Origin: Macrostomum lignano
Lineage: Eukaryota
Direction: 5' to 3'
NCBI GenBank assembly: GCA_002269645.1
Contig: NIVC01003661.1
Location: 1-64,000 of the forward strand
DNA length: 64,000 bases
Part shown: positions 24,901 to 51,100 of the stretch, piece after piece
Position numbering within the stretch: position 1 is the stretch's first letter
Layout of the letters: each line of letters begins with the position of its first letter
Position numbers and translations under genes: made by a program
The notes under the pieces: model-generated
The model's input: only the letters and a program-made list of their open reading frames with translations
Told to the model about the DNA's origin: nothing
Databases searched by the model: none

Positions 24901-25249
24901 ACAACTTATTTGGCCCAAGGACTACTTAAGTAGAAAAACGGAAAAGTATGTTTCTTGGACAAATTTTAGGGGGCATGTTTTACTAAAAATACATTACCGA
25001 GAATAGAGGTTTTCATTTTTCAGCACAAAACGTGCAATTGTTTTTGATAGAAGGCAGACCCAATGTTCATATTTTGGTATGACTTGCCTTTCTGATGGCT
25101 CTATTGATTTGGATTTTACGAGCTATGCTAATTTTATTATCCTGCGTACATTTCCTGTGCCTAAAATGATTAAAGTGGCACATCTCCACTCATTGGTTCG
25201 ATGAATGATTCCATTTTATCATTTCTGCTGCACATTTCGTTACACAGTC

Positions 25250-25379
25250 AGGGATTGCAGCTTAGTGGTTAGAGCGTTGGACCCACGACTGAAAGGTCGA
25301 GGGTTCGATTCTCGAATCTCGATCCACTGGAACAATGTGTCCTTGAGCAAGACACTTAACTCTGCACTGCTTCAGTTCA
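25250..25379 (+). mobile_element. tRNA-derived SINE with CORE-like body, 3'-truncated
   Basis: A-box TAGTGGTTAG, B-box GGTTCGATTC, then GTGTCCTTGAGCAAGACACTTAAC resembling the MIR/CORE domain. Confidence 0.8.
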
Positions 25380-25849
25380 GTAGGAAAAAATATCAAAAGA
25401 TGAGCATTTGTTCAGCGTGCTATTAAGATGTTCTAAACTTTGTGATAAAAGAATGAAGACCCCCATTCTCCGAGCGAGTGAATAGTAATTAACAAGGACT
25501 ATTAATTACATTAGAGAATACTCTAATAGAACAGATTAGACGGGTACAGATATACGATGACAGGCGTAAATGTTTAATTAGTCATGCTAAGGACTGCTGC
25601 AAATCAGTGAACATTATTGAGGCAGCGTATTTAATTGTTCAACATCAAGCTAAGAGCTTTTAATTGGTCAAATATCGGTCTACGAGTATATATATCGATG
25701 ATTGTAATATAATTATTGATTACACCTGCCCTAATGCCCAGATATACAACCGACAGCTCAGCCGCAGCCATTGCGCGGCGCGTCTGAAGGCTGCGTACGG
25801 CCTTGGGGGGGGGGGTCGCCACACACCCTCAATGACCCCAGCTAATGCT

Positions 25850-25995
25850 GGCACCTATTTTACAGCTGGGTGAACTGAAGCACTGCAGAGTTAAGTGTCT
25901 TGCTCAAGGACACAAATTGTTCCAGTGGGACCGGGAATCGAACCCCCGACCTTTCAGTCGTGAGTTCGACGCTCTCACCACTGGGCTACAACCCT
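25850..25995 (-). mobile_element. Second copy of the same SINE, inverted
   Basis: Reverse complement aligns with 25250-25379 and extends to CTGTAAAATAGG. Confidence 0.8.
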
Positions 25996-25996
25996 C

Positions 25997-40267
<14,271 letters not shown>

Positions 40268-40369
40268 CGCTAGAGGTGCCTTTTATGGTCCGCGAGGAAT
40301 TTCTGAAATTAAAAGAAACTTACGGCGATAGGTTTAACAAGAATCTTCTAAAATCGTCAACTTTCTGTA

Positions 40370-40715
40370 GTCACGTGACTTCAAGCGTCAGATCGAATGC
40401 ACGACCTTGATCAATTCACGTGACTTCAAGCGTCCGATTGAATACATGACCTTGAGAAATTCACGTGACTTTAAGCGTCAGATTGAATACACGACCTTGA
40501 GAAATTCATGTGATTATACGCTCGTAAGCGTCAGATTGAATGCATGACCTTGAGAAATTCATGTGACTTCAAGCGTCAGATTGAATGTACATGACCTTGA
40601 GAAATTCACGTGACTTCAAGCGTCCGATTGAATAAATGACCTTGAGAAATTCACGTGACTTCAAGCATCAGATTGAATACATGACCTTGAGAAATTCACG
40701 TGACTTCAAGCTCCT
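40370..40715. promoter_or_regulatory. 45-bp tandem array upstream of hexosaminidase carrying CLEAR/E-box (TCACGTGAC) and TCAAGGTCA motifs
   Basis: GTCACGTGAC at 40370; TCACGTGAC at 40416, 40461, 40606, 40651, 40696; TCATGTGA at 40506, 40559; TGACCTTGA at 40447, 40545, 40592, 40637, 40682. The array starts 103 bp upstream of the ATG at 40267. Function is inferred. Confidence 0.65.
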
Positions 40716-41108
40716 GGCTTAACTGGCTTTCAAATTACGAACGCAAGACAGCGTCACAAATAAATTTTAACACTCAGTTTTCAAGACAAAAAAGCTGGGT
40801 TAAATATATGAGCTTTGATAAATAAAAATCATGAGCTTCCTTATGACTTTAAGTAAAGCACGTGACTTCCTCTGGGACTCGTAATATAACGGCAAAGCGT
40901 ATTTGCAATGCCAATGAACGTGTAGATTAACTTCCACTGCCTAGCACTCAGTATTATTTGTTTCCAAGGAGAGACTGAAAGAAAAACTGAGCACCAACGC
41001 CCACGACACAAACCTCTCAGTAAAATACCGGAGCCGGAGTGACTTCCCGTGTCTGTTGACTTTTATGCACAGCCCTGCGACCCCGGCCTCGGTCGCTGAC
41101 TGCACTAG

Positions 41109-43059
41109 CTAATCTTCACGGGCTAACCCATTGACTCGCAAAAAACCCAGTTCCAAGCCATTTCCACTCGGGTAGTGACCATACAGCATTCTCAGCACCT
41201 TGGCAATCTCATATGGGAGAATTTCCCCTCCTAAGAGTCGAATCCAAAGGAATCTTTCTTAAGAATCTCATGAGAATACAAAGCCAAAGTATCATTTCTA
41301 AGAATCTCATCAAGGGAAATCTCTCTAGTTTAGAATCTCACCCAGGGGAATCCCTTCACTTGAGAAGCTCACCTAGGGGAATCTATCGAACTGGAGAATC
41401 TCACCCAGGGGAATCTCTTCACCTTGAGAATCTCACCCAGGTGAACCTCTTCATCTTGGGAATCTCACCTAGGGGAATCTATCGAACTGGAGAATCTCAC
41501 CCAGGGGAATCTCTTCACCTTGAAAATCTCACCCAGGGGAATCTATCGACCTTGAGAATCTCACCTAGGGGAATCTATCGACCTTGAGAATCTCACCCAG
41601 GGGAATCCCTTCACCTTGAGAATCTCACCAGGGGATTCTCTTCACATTAAGAATCTCACCTAGGGGAATCTATCAACCTGGAGAATCTCACCCAGAGGAA
41701 TCTCTTCACCTTGAGAATCTCACCCAGGTGAACCTCTTCATCTTGGGAATCTCACCTAGGGGAATCTATCGAACTGGAGAATCTCACCCAGGGGAATCTC
41801 TTCACCTTGAAAATCTCACCCAGGGGAATCTATCGACCTTGAGAATCTCACCCAGGGGAATCCCTTCACCTTGAGAATCTCACCAGGGGATTCTCTTCAC
41901 ATTAAGAATCTCACCTAGGGGAATCTATCAACCTGGAGAATCTCACCCAGAGGAATCTCTTCACCTTGAGAATCTCACCCAGGGGAACCTCTTCATCTTG
42001 GGAATCTCACCTAGGGGAATCTATCGAACTGGAGAATCTCACCCAGGGGAATCTCTTCACCTTGAGAATCTCATCCAGGGGAATCCCTTGACCTTAAGAA
42101 TCTCAACTAGGGAAATATATCAAACTGGAGAATCTCACCCAGGGGAATCTCTTCACCTTGAAAATCTTACCCAGGGGAATCTCTTCACCTTGAGAATCTC
42201 ACCCAGGGGAACCTCTTCATCTTGGGAATCTCACCTAGGGGAATCTATCGAACTGGAGAATCTCACCCAGGGGAATCTCTTCACCTTGAGAATCTCACTC
42301 AGGGGAATCTATCGACCTTGAGAATCTCACCCAGGGGAATCCCTTCACTTTGAGAATCTCACCCAGGGGATTCTCTTCACCTTAAGAATCTCAGCTAGGG
42401 GAATCTATCAACCTGGAGAATCTCACCCAGAGGAATCTCTTCACCTTGAGAATCTCACCTAGGGGAATCTATCGACCTGGAGAATCTCACCCAGGGGATC
42501 AATCTCTTTACCTTGGGAATCTCACCTAGGTAAATCCCTTCACCTTGAGAATCTCACCCAGGGAAATCCTTCACCTTGAGAATCTCACTCAGGGGAATCT
42601 ATTGACCTTGAGAATATCACCCAGGGAAATCCCTTCACCTTGAGAATCTCACTCAGGGGAATCTATCAACCTAGAGAATCTCACGAATCTCACTCAGGGG
42701 AATCTATTGACCTTGAGAATCTCTTACCTCAATCTTACCTGCTGTGCCTTCGGTGAAGGAAGTCCCTTATTCACTTGCGCAACATTGCCAGCTTTGTGCA
42801 TGCGGCGTGCTTCATACTCTCAATTTTGCTCAATAGCTCTGCTACTCTTTATTACGAAAAATACAAAGATGCAGGGGAGAATTGCCATAGACAATGCTGG
42901 CAGCGAAATGATAGCATAAAGTGCATGCAACAATCACCCAGGGGAGTCTCTCTACCTTGAATTGAGGCACCGTGGCAATATTGGCACAGCAGTTGCGGTG
43001 TGCGCTAAATAACGCTCGTAATTTCACTCGGACTCTATCGAGAGCATGTGCTAGCTGGC

Positions 43060-43108
<49 letters not shown>

Positions 43109-46100
43109 CACTTACATGCTGATTGCTAGGGTAGCTGAGATAAGCAGAATTTAACTGCCGAGTCGCGCGGGCCTGCTGTCTCTCTCAACTCGGGGCAGTA
43201 GTGCTTGCTGACAGGCATTCATTATTAGTAAGCTTAAGGTGGGCAGAAACACAATTGATCCCCAGTATGGCGTGGGGCTGGGCAGCAACAACAATGCAGG
43301 CAGTTCCCTCCACCTCACCTAGTCTCCCGCACTCCCGCCATTCAAATCTGCCGCGATATCTGCTTTTTCCTCTGAAAGCAGACAGACTGGGAGAAGAGAG
43401 AGGAGAGCTTTGCTGGCAGCAGGAGGCTCTCAGCTCCCAATTCTGCGGATGTGTCCAATGCCTGCAGAGGCTGTACGAGCAGCCTGAGTACAGGCAATGC
43501 GTGCTCAGGAAGCTGAACACCTCTCCATTGTCCTATGCTAGTTAGTGCTCTGCAGTCACCCAGTCTGCTTTCGGAGCTCTTCTTTAGGTAAGCTCAAGAA
43601 TTTCCGAGCTGTATAAAAACCTTTTTGTTTGCTTTTCGGTTGGCAATTCTGTGTGCGGCCATTGCGCTTGCAGGATTGGCGTGAACTTTGGAACGGAACG
43701 TCATGCGATGTGTACTTAGGCTTACGTGTGTAGGATAGGATAGGCAAGGATAGGATAGGATAGGATAGGATAGGATAGAATATGATAGAATAGGACAGGA
43801 TAGGATAGGATAGGATAGAATATGATAGAATAGGATAGAATAGGATAGAATAGGATAGAATAGGATAGAATAGGATAGAATAGGATAGAATAGGATAGAA
43901 TAGGATAGAATAGGATAGAATAGGATAGAATAGGATAGGATAGGATAGGGTAGAATAGGATAGGATAGGATAGGATAGGATAGGATAGGATAGAATAGGA
44001 TAGGATAGGATAGGATAGAATAGGATAGGATAGGCAAGGATAGGATAGGATAGGATAGGATAGGATAGGATAGGTTAGAATAGGACAGGATAGGATAGGA
44101 TAGGATAGAATATGATAGAATAGGATAGAATAGGATAGAATAGGATAGAATAGGATAGAATAGGATAGAATAGGATAGAATAGGATAGAATAGGATAGAA
44201 TAGGATAGAATAGGATAGAATAGGATAGGATAGGATAGGATAGGATAGGATAGGGTAGAATAGGATGGGATAGGATAGGATAGGATAGAATATAATAGGA
44301 TAGGATAGAATAGGATAGAATAGGATAGAATAGGATAGAATAGGATAAGATAGGATAGAATAGAATAGGATAGGCTAGGATAGAATAGCAAAGAATAGAA
44401 TAGAATAGGACAAGATAGGATGGGATAGGATAGGATAGGATAGAACATGATAGAATAGGATAGAATAGGATAGAATAGGATAGAATAGGATAGAATAGGA
44501 TAGGATAGGATAGGATAGGATAGGGTAGAATAGGAAAGGATAGGATAGAATAGGATAGAATAGGATAGAATAGGATAGGATAGGATAGGATAGGATAGAA
44601 CATGATAGAATAGGATAGAATAGGATAGAATAGGATAGAATATGATAGAATAGGATAGGATAGGATAGGATAGGATAGGATAGGGTAGAATAGGATAGGA
44701 TAGGATACGGTAGAATAGGATAGGATAGGGTAGAATAGGATAGGATAGGATAGGATAGGATAGGATAGGATAGGATAGGATAGGATAGGATAGGATAGGA
44801 TAGGATAGGATAGGGTAGAATAGGATAGGATAGGATAGAATAGGATAGGATAGGATAGGATAGGATAGGATAGGATAAAATAGGATAGGATAGGATTGGA
44901 TAGGATAGAATAGGATAAGATAGGATGGGATAGGATAGGATAGGATAGAATATGATAGAATAGGATAGAATAGGATAGGATAGGATAGGATAGGATAGGA
45001 TAGGATAGGATAGGATAGGATAGGATACGGTAGAATAGGATAGGATAGGGTAGAATAGGATAAGATAGGATAAGATAGGATGGGATAGGATAGGGTAGAA
45101 TAGGATAGGATAGGGTAGAATAGGATAGGATAGGATAGGATAGGATAGGATAGGATGGGATAGGATAGGATAGGATAGAATATGATAGGATAGGATAGAA
45201 TAGGATAGAATAGGATAGGATAGGATAGGATATGGTAGAATAGGATAAGATAGGATAGAATAGGATAGGATAGAAAAGGATAGAATAGGGTAGAATAGGA
45301 TAGGATAGAATAGGATAGGATAGGACAGGACAGGATAGGATAGGATAGGATACGATAGAATAGGATAGAATAGGATAGGATAGGATAGGATAGGATAGAA
45401 TGGGATAGGATAGGATAGGATAGGATAGTATAGAATGGGATAGAATAGGATAGGATAGGAAAGGATAGGATTGGATAGAACAGGATAGAATAGGATAGGA
45501 TAGGAAAGGATAGGATAGGATAGAACAGGATAGAATAGGATAGGAAAGGATAGGATTGGATAGAACAGGATAGAATAGGATAGGATAGGAAAGGATAGGA
45601 TTGGATAGAACAGGATAGAATAGGATAGGATAGGAAAGGATAGGATTGGATAGAGCAGGATAGAATAGGATAGGAAAGGATAGGATTGGATAGAACAGGA
45701 TAGAATAGGATAGGAAAGGATAGGATTGGATAGAACAGGATAGATAAATCCAAATTTCCTCACCATTGGCAAGGCCAGAAGCTGAATGAGAACTGAATGT
45801 CCGCCAGCAGAGCCGAGCGGACCGATCGAATGTATTGAGATAGCAGACATCCGCCCTGGCTACCAAATCAGGACCAATGCCTCACTATGCTGTTTTACAC
45901 GAGGTATGCATGCATATACCAGTATTAAGAATCACTATACGCTGCGCAAGCTCGCAGTCGGGCAATCTTAGTAAAAATGCCGCCCTCTCCCACCTTCTGC
46001 CTCTCTCTCTCTGCCCCGTGTGGCTCAGCTCGGCAGGCAGTTTCGCCAACTGCATTTTCTTCCATTGGCTGTCGCGCGGTCCCACAGCAACAATGCGTCG

Positions 46101-46244
46101 TGCGCTATAGTGGAGTTCGAACAAATAGTAAGCACACAGCTGCCCTTGCAATTGTCCATTGTGCTGGAAGGCCAGTCTGGTGCTGACCCCTGAGTCAGTG
46201 TGCACGAAGTGCACAGTGCACACCTTCTGCCCCCAACTCCACAA
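41109..46244 (-). CDS. Unidentified multi-exon gene candidate (exon-like pieces ~46190-45920, 45859-45764, ~43700-43560, ~43500-43200, ~42850-42740, terminal 41230-41109)
   Basis: Open, protein-like segments bounded by GT/AG between repeat-filled introns (e.g. GEILPYEIAKVLRMLYGHYPSGNGLELGFLRVNGLARED*). Only the 45920 to 45859 junction is phase-checked; a full model is not resolved. Confidence 0.3.
41320..42720. repeat. ~32-bp minisatellite GAGAATCTCACCCAGGGGAATCTCTTCACCTT
   Basis: About 44 variant copies. Confidence 0.93.
43730..45745. repeat. (TAGGA/TAGAA)n pentanucleotide satellite
   Basis: Accounts for the three 490-720-aa YPILS ORFs. Confidence 0.97.
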
Positions 46245-46393
46245 TGACGTTATGCTGTACTCAAAATTACTGCGCCAATTACAGTCAAAGGGTTGTCAGA
46301 ATTTTCATTCAATCAGTTTTGACAAGCTGAAATAGATGCGTTTGTGAATTTTGAATTGCAGTTGCGCGTCTGAACTCGACTCCGTCTGAACGG

Positions 46394-46685
46394 GCGTATG
46401 TGTATGTAAGCGTATGTGTATGTAAGCGTATGTGTATGTAAGCGTATGTGTATGCAAGCGTATGTGTATGTAAGCGTATGTGTATGTAAGCGTATGTGTA
46501 TGTAAGCGTATGTGTATGTAAGCGTATGTGTATGTAAGCGTATGTGTATGCAAGCGTATGTGTATGTAAGCGTATGTGTATGTAAGCGTATGTGTATGTA
46601 AGCGTATGTGTATGCAAGCGTATGTGTATGTAAGCGTATGTGTATGCAAGCGTATGTGTATGTAAGCGTATGTGTATACAAGCGT
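46394..46685. repeat. 16-bp repeat CGTATGTGTATGTAAG
   Basis: About 18 copies. Confidence 0.95.
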
Positions 46686-46773
46686 ACATGCATACTCAGC
46701 GACATGGAAAGTCGCCATCACAGCAGATTCTGTGGTCGCCACTCTTGAGAGTGCAGGTGAAGTCTCTCCATCT

Positions 46774-47083
46774 TTGCGAGTGACGCAACTTAGCTACGCC
46801 GGTGGGCGACTTTTCAATGTTGCTGATTATAAATACATTGCATTCTGTGGTGGATTTTCTTTTCGAATGCTGCGTTTTAGGAAGTCCCAGACATGCTCGA
46901 TGGGATTCATGTCTGGGGGACCTGGAAGGCCAGCGCAGAGTGCGCAGCTGTAGCTGTTCTTTCAGTTGACTAACAGCATCGGCTTGGTGTGGCGGCGCGT
47001 TGTCATCTTGGACCATTAAGCAGACCCAAGCCGCCCCCAAGTGGAATAAGCTTTGCGCTTGCCGTAAGTTGCGTCACTCGCAA
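46774..47083 (-). mobile_element. Tc1/mariner transposase remnant
   Basis: QDDNAPPHQA...L...LRWPSRSP matches the QDNAPPH / WP..SPDLNPIE DDE region; 19-bp inverted repeat TAAGTTGCGTCACTCGCAA at 46774-46792 and 47065-47083. Confidence 0.7.
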
Positions 47084-47199
47084 TAAGTGAAAAAAACTCA
47101 TCTCGCTTGAAGGGTGGAACTTTTGACTGTTGCTGAGTATACGCATTTATGCTTGCAGACTTTCATTCCAGAGGCGCATAATTTAGTGCTACATGTAGG

Positions 47200-47890
47200 G
47201 GAGCCACGAATCAAGAACTAAGGGCCCACGAATCAAGAACTAAGGGCGCCACGAATCAAGAACTAAGGGCTCACGAACCAAGAACTAAGGGCGCCACGAA
47301 TCAAGAACTAAGGGCTCACGAACCAAGAACTAAGGGCGCCACAAATCAAGAACTTAGGGCTCACGAACCAAGAACTAAGGGCGCCACGAATCAAGAACTA
47401 AGGGCTCACGAACCAAGAACTAAGGGCGCCACAAATCAAGAACTAAGGGCGCCATGAATCAAGAACTAAGGGCTCACGAACCAAGAACTAAGGGCTCACG
47501 AACCAAGAACTAAGGGCGCCACGAATCAAGAACTAAGGGCTCACGAACCAAGAACTAAGGGCGCCACAAATCAAGAACTAAGGGCGCCATGAATCAAGAA
47601 CTAAGGGCTCACGAACCAAGAACTAAGGGCTCACGAACCAAGAACTAAGGGCGCCACGAATCAAGAACTAAGGGCGCCACGAATCAAGAACTAAGGGCGC
47701 CACGAATCAAGAACTAAGGGCGCCACGAATCAAGAACTAAGGGCGCCACAAATCAAGAACTAAGGGCGCCACGAATCAAGAACTAAGGGCGCCACGAATC
47801 AAGAACTAAGGGCGCCACGAATCAAGAACTAAGGGCGCCACGAATCAAGAACTAAGGGCGCCACGAATCAAGAACTAAGGGCGCCACAAA
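47200..47890. repeat. 22/23-bp repeat CCACGAATCAAGAACTAAGGGCG
   Basis: About 30 copies, flanked by GCTACATGTAG on both sides. Confidence 0.95.
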
Positions 47891-48154
47891 TCAAAAGCTA
47901 CATGTAGAGGCACCACAAGGCCAGAGCTCGGAGGGAGCAAAGTTTCAATAACCTGCATGCAGTTTTTTCTTTTATTCAAAAAAAAACACTGAAGATGTCT
48001 CAAGGGAATGCACTGGTGCGCCTGTCACCTGTTCAATCACACAAAACATACTACTTTTGGAAAGTCAGTAGTGAATTGGAATTTTTATTTTGCAGCAATA
48101 AAATGAAATAAATAAAATGATGCGAAAAATGAAGATTATAATATCTATCGCGTC

Positions 48155-51100
48155 TCAGCCAATCAGGAACTGGCTAGAGCAGTCGGCTCGTCTCAGCCAA
48201 TCAGGAACGGGCTGGTCCAGACGGGCGATGGCTCTATAGATGGGCTTCTTCCAGGCCGGCTGCTGATCTCGGCTGACCGACAGAGCTTGGTAAAACTCGA
48301 CCAGAGCTGCTTGCACGACGGCCAGAAAGTGGGATGGAACCTGTGAGGGAAGATAGAGGGTGTGAGAGGACTGTGAATGATCCCTACAGATGATTGTGAA
48401 GAGTGAGTGAGAGAGGGTGTGAATGATCCCTACAGATGACTGTGAAGAGTGAGTGAGAGAGGGTGTGAATGATCCCTACAGATGACTGTGAAGAGTGAGT
48501 GAGAGAGGGTGTGAATGATCCCTACAGATGACTGTGAAGAGTGAGTGAGAGAGGGTGTGAATGATCCCTACAGATGACTGTGAAGAGTGAGTGAGAGAGG
48601 GTGTGAATGATCCCTACAGATGACTGTGAAGAGTGAGTGAGAGAGGGTGTGAATGATCCCTACAGATGACTGTGAAGAGTGAGTGAGAGAGGGTGTGAAT
48701 GATCCCTACAGATGACTGTGAAGAGTGAGTATGAAAGAGAGTGTGAATGATTCCTATGGATGATTGTAAACAGTGAATGAGAGAGACTGTGAATGATCCC
48801 TACAGATGACTGTGAACAGTGAGTGAGAGAGAGACTGTGAATGATCCCTACAGATGACTGTGAACAGTGAGTGAGAGAGAGACTGTGAATGATCCCTACA
48901 GATGACTGTGAACAGTGAGTGAGAGAGAGACTGTGAATGATCCCTACAGATGATTGTGAACAGAGAGTGAGAGTGAAGGACACCTATAGAGAACATCGCA
49001 TGCAGTGACCCATGCTAACAGGTATTTAATACCCCAGTAACCTGATTGCTCTCACCTGCAGTCGGTCAGACTTGTTGAAGTGGGTGCACAGAGCCAGCAC
49101 GAGTTCATCGCCGCTGCTCACCTGAAGGCCCTCGCCGGTGGCCAGGCGCTCCCTGGCGAGCTTCTCCACTTGGATGTAGAAAAACTCGCTGAATGAAAAA
49201 ATGAGTGGAAAATTGCAATAACCCGTATATTGCAGACACCAGCGGCAATAAGCATCGAAATTTATTGGCCCTAAATTATTGCAGTTCAGAATTTCATTGA
49301 AACTTATATGCACATGATTTAGTTAGTTAAATAATTACTAATGATAATAATTGCAGGAGTGAGGCAACTCTGCCCAATCCGCTCACTCCTGAGCAAAATT
49401 CAAGCGCGGCAATTCTGTACGCAGTCAGTCAGTCAGTCAGTCAGTCAGTCAGTCAGTCAGTCAGTCAGTCAGTCAGTCAGTCAGTCAGTCAGTCAGTCAG
49501 TCATTCAGTCAGTCAGTCAGTCAGTCAGTCAGTCAGTCAGTCAGTCAGTCAGTCAGTCAGTCAGTCAGTCAGTCAGTCAGTCAGTCAGTCAGTCAGTCAG
49601 TCAGTCAGTCAGTCATTCAGTCAGTCAGTCAGTCAGTCAGTCAGTCAGTCAGTCAGTCAGTCAGTCAGTCAGTCAGTCAGTCAGTCAGTCAGTCAGTCAG
49701 TCAGTCAGTCAGTCAGTCAGTCAGTCAGTCAGTCAGTCAGTCAGTCAGTCAGTCAGTCAGTCAGTCAGTCAGTCAGTCAGTCAGTCAGTCAGTCAGTCAG
49801 TCAGTCAGTCAGTCAGTCAGTCAGTCAGTCAGTCAGTCAGTCAGTCAGTCAGTCAGTCAGTCAGTCAGTCAGTCAGTCAGTCAGTCAGTCAGTCAGTCAG
49901 TCAGTCAGTCAGTCAGTCAGTCAGTCAGTCAGTCAGTCAGTCAGTCAGTCAGTCAGTCAGTCAGTCAGTCAGTCAGTCAGTCAGTCAGTCAGTCAGTCAG
50001 TCAGTCAGTCAGTCAGTCAGTCAGTCAGTCAGTCAGTCAGTCAGTCAGTCAGTCAGTCAGTCAGTCAGTCAGTCAGTCAGTCAGTCAGTCAGTCAGTCAG
50101 TCAGTCAGTCAGTCAGTCAGTCAGTCAGTCAGTCAGTCAGTCAGTCAGTCAGTCAGTCAGTCAGTCATAGACAATGTCCCTTGACTCACCGAAAGTTCGA
50201 GAACCACTTCACCACCTGGGCGGTGTTGTTCTTGTCAAACCGAATGTCCGGGAAGCAGGACTTCAGGGTGGCTGAGCTGGGGTAGCGGCTGTAGAAGAAG
50301 ATCAGCTTGGCTTTGCGCAGGTGGCCGGCGGACAGCGGGTGGCCGACCGGGTCTCCGCGGCCGCACTGCGAAGGCTAAGGGCAAATTGGGTTGGGGTGAA
50401 TGCGGGATGCTGGGGGATCAGAGTGGGTGCTGGAAGAGTGCAAGGAATCTGTGGGAAGCCATTTATTTGCTTTACAGAAGCAATTCACTAATCGTAAATC
50501 ATAAATAAAAAATCTCAAACTGGAAGACAAACGGTTCCCGTGTTTGCCCAGCAATTACCGGCCGCCTCACCATCTCTGACTCACCGCAGGCTGACATGGC
50601 GTGGAGGCCCTGCTGCCGCCATCCGGGCATCCGCCCTGGCCATCCGCCCCGACCGGCGCGGGGTTCGCCTCTGGTTGGAGGGGCCGGCGGCCTCGACCAG
50701 TGTCGGCCTCGACCAGTGCCGCGACCTGCGGCATTGTTGTTTCCGGTTTGTATTGAGATGATTTGGTACTGTAAGGGAATCCGCCCCTCCTTCTGGGGAA
50801 TCCGCCCCTCCTGCTGGGGAATCCACCCCTCCTGCTGGGAAATCCGCCCCTCCTGCTGGGGAATCCGCCCCTCCTGCTGGGGAATCCGCCCCTCCTGCTG
50901 GGGAATCCGCCCCTCCTGCTGGGGAATCCGCCCCTCCTGCTGGGGAATCTGCCCCTCCTGCTGGGGAATCCGCCCCTCCTGCTGGGGAATCCGCCCCTCC
51001 TGCTGGGGAATCCGCCCCTCTCCATTGACGAATCCGCCCTCTCCAAAAGCAATCCGCCCTCTCCAAAAGCAATCCGCCCTCTCCAAAAGCAATCCGCTCT

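Noticed and set aside
25250-25995. tRNA genes
   Set aside because: A/B boxes are present but the acceptor and anticodon stems are broken and a CORE-like body follows, so these are SINEs.
43594-45866. Three 490-720-aa ORFs (YPILS...)
   Set aside because: Translations of the TAGGA/TAGAA satellite.
48151-48208. 20-bp direct repeat with CCAAT at the prospero stop codon
   Set aside because: A small local duplication that sets the C-terminus; no evidence of a regulatory role at a gene's 3' end.
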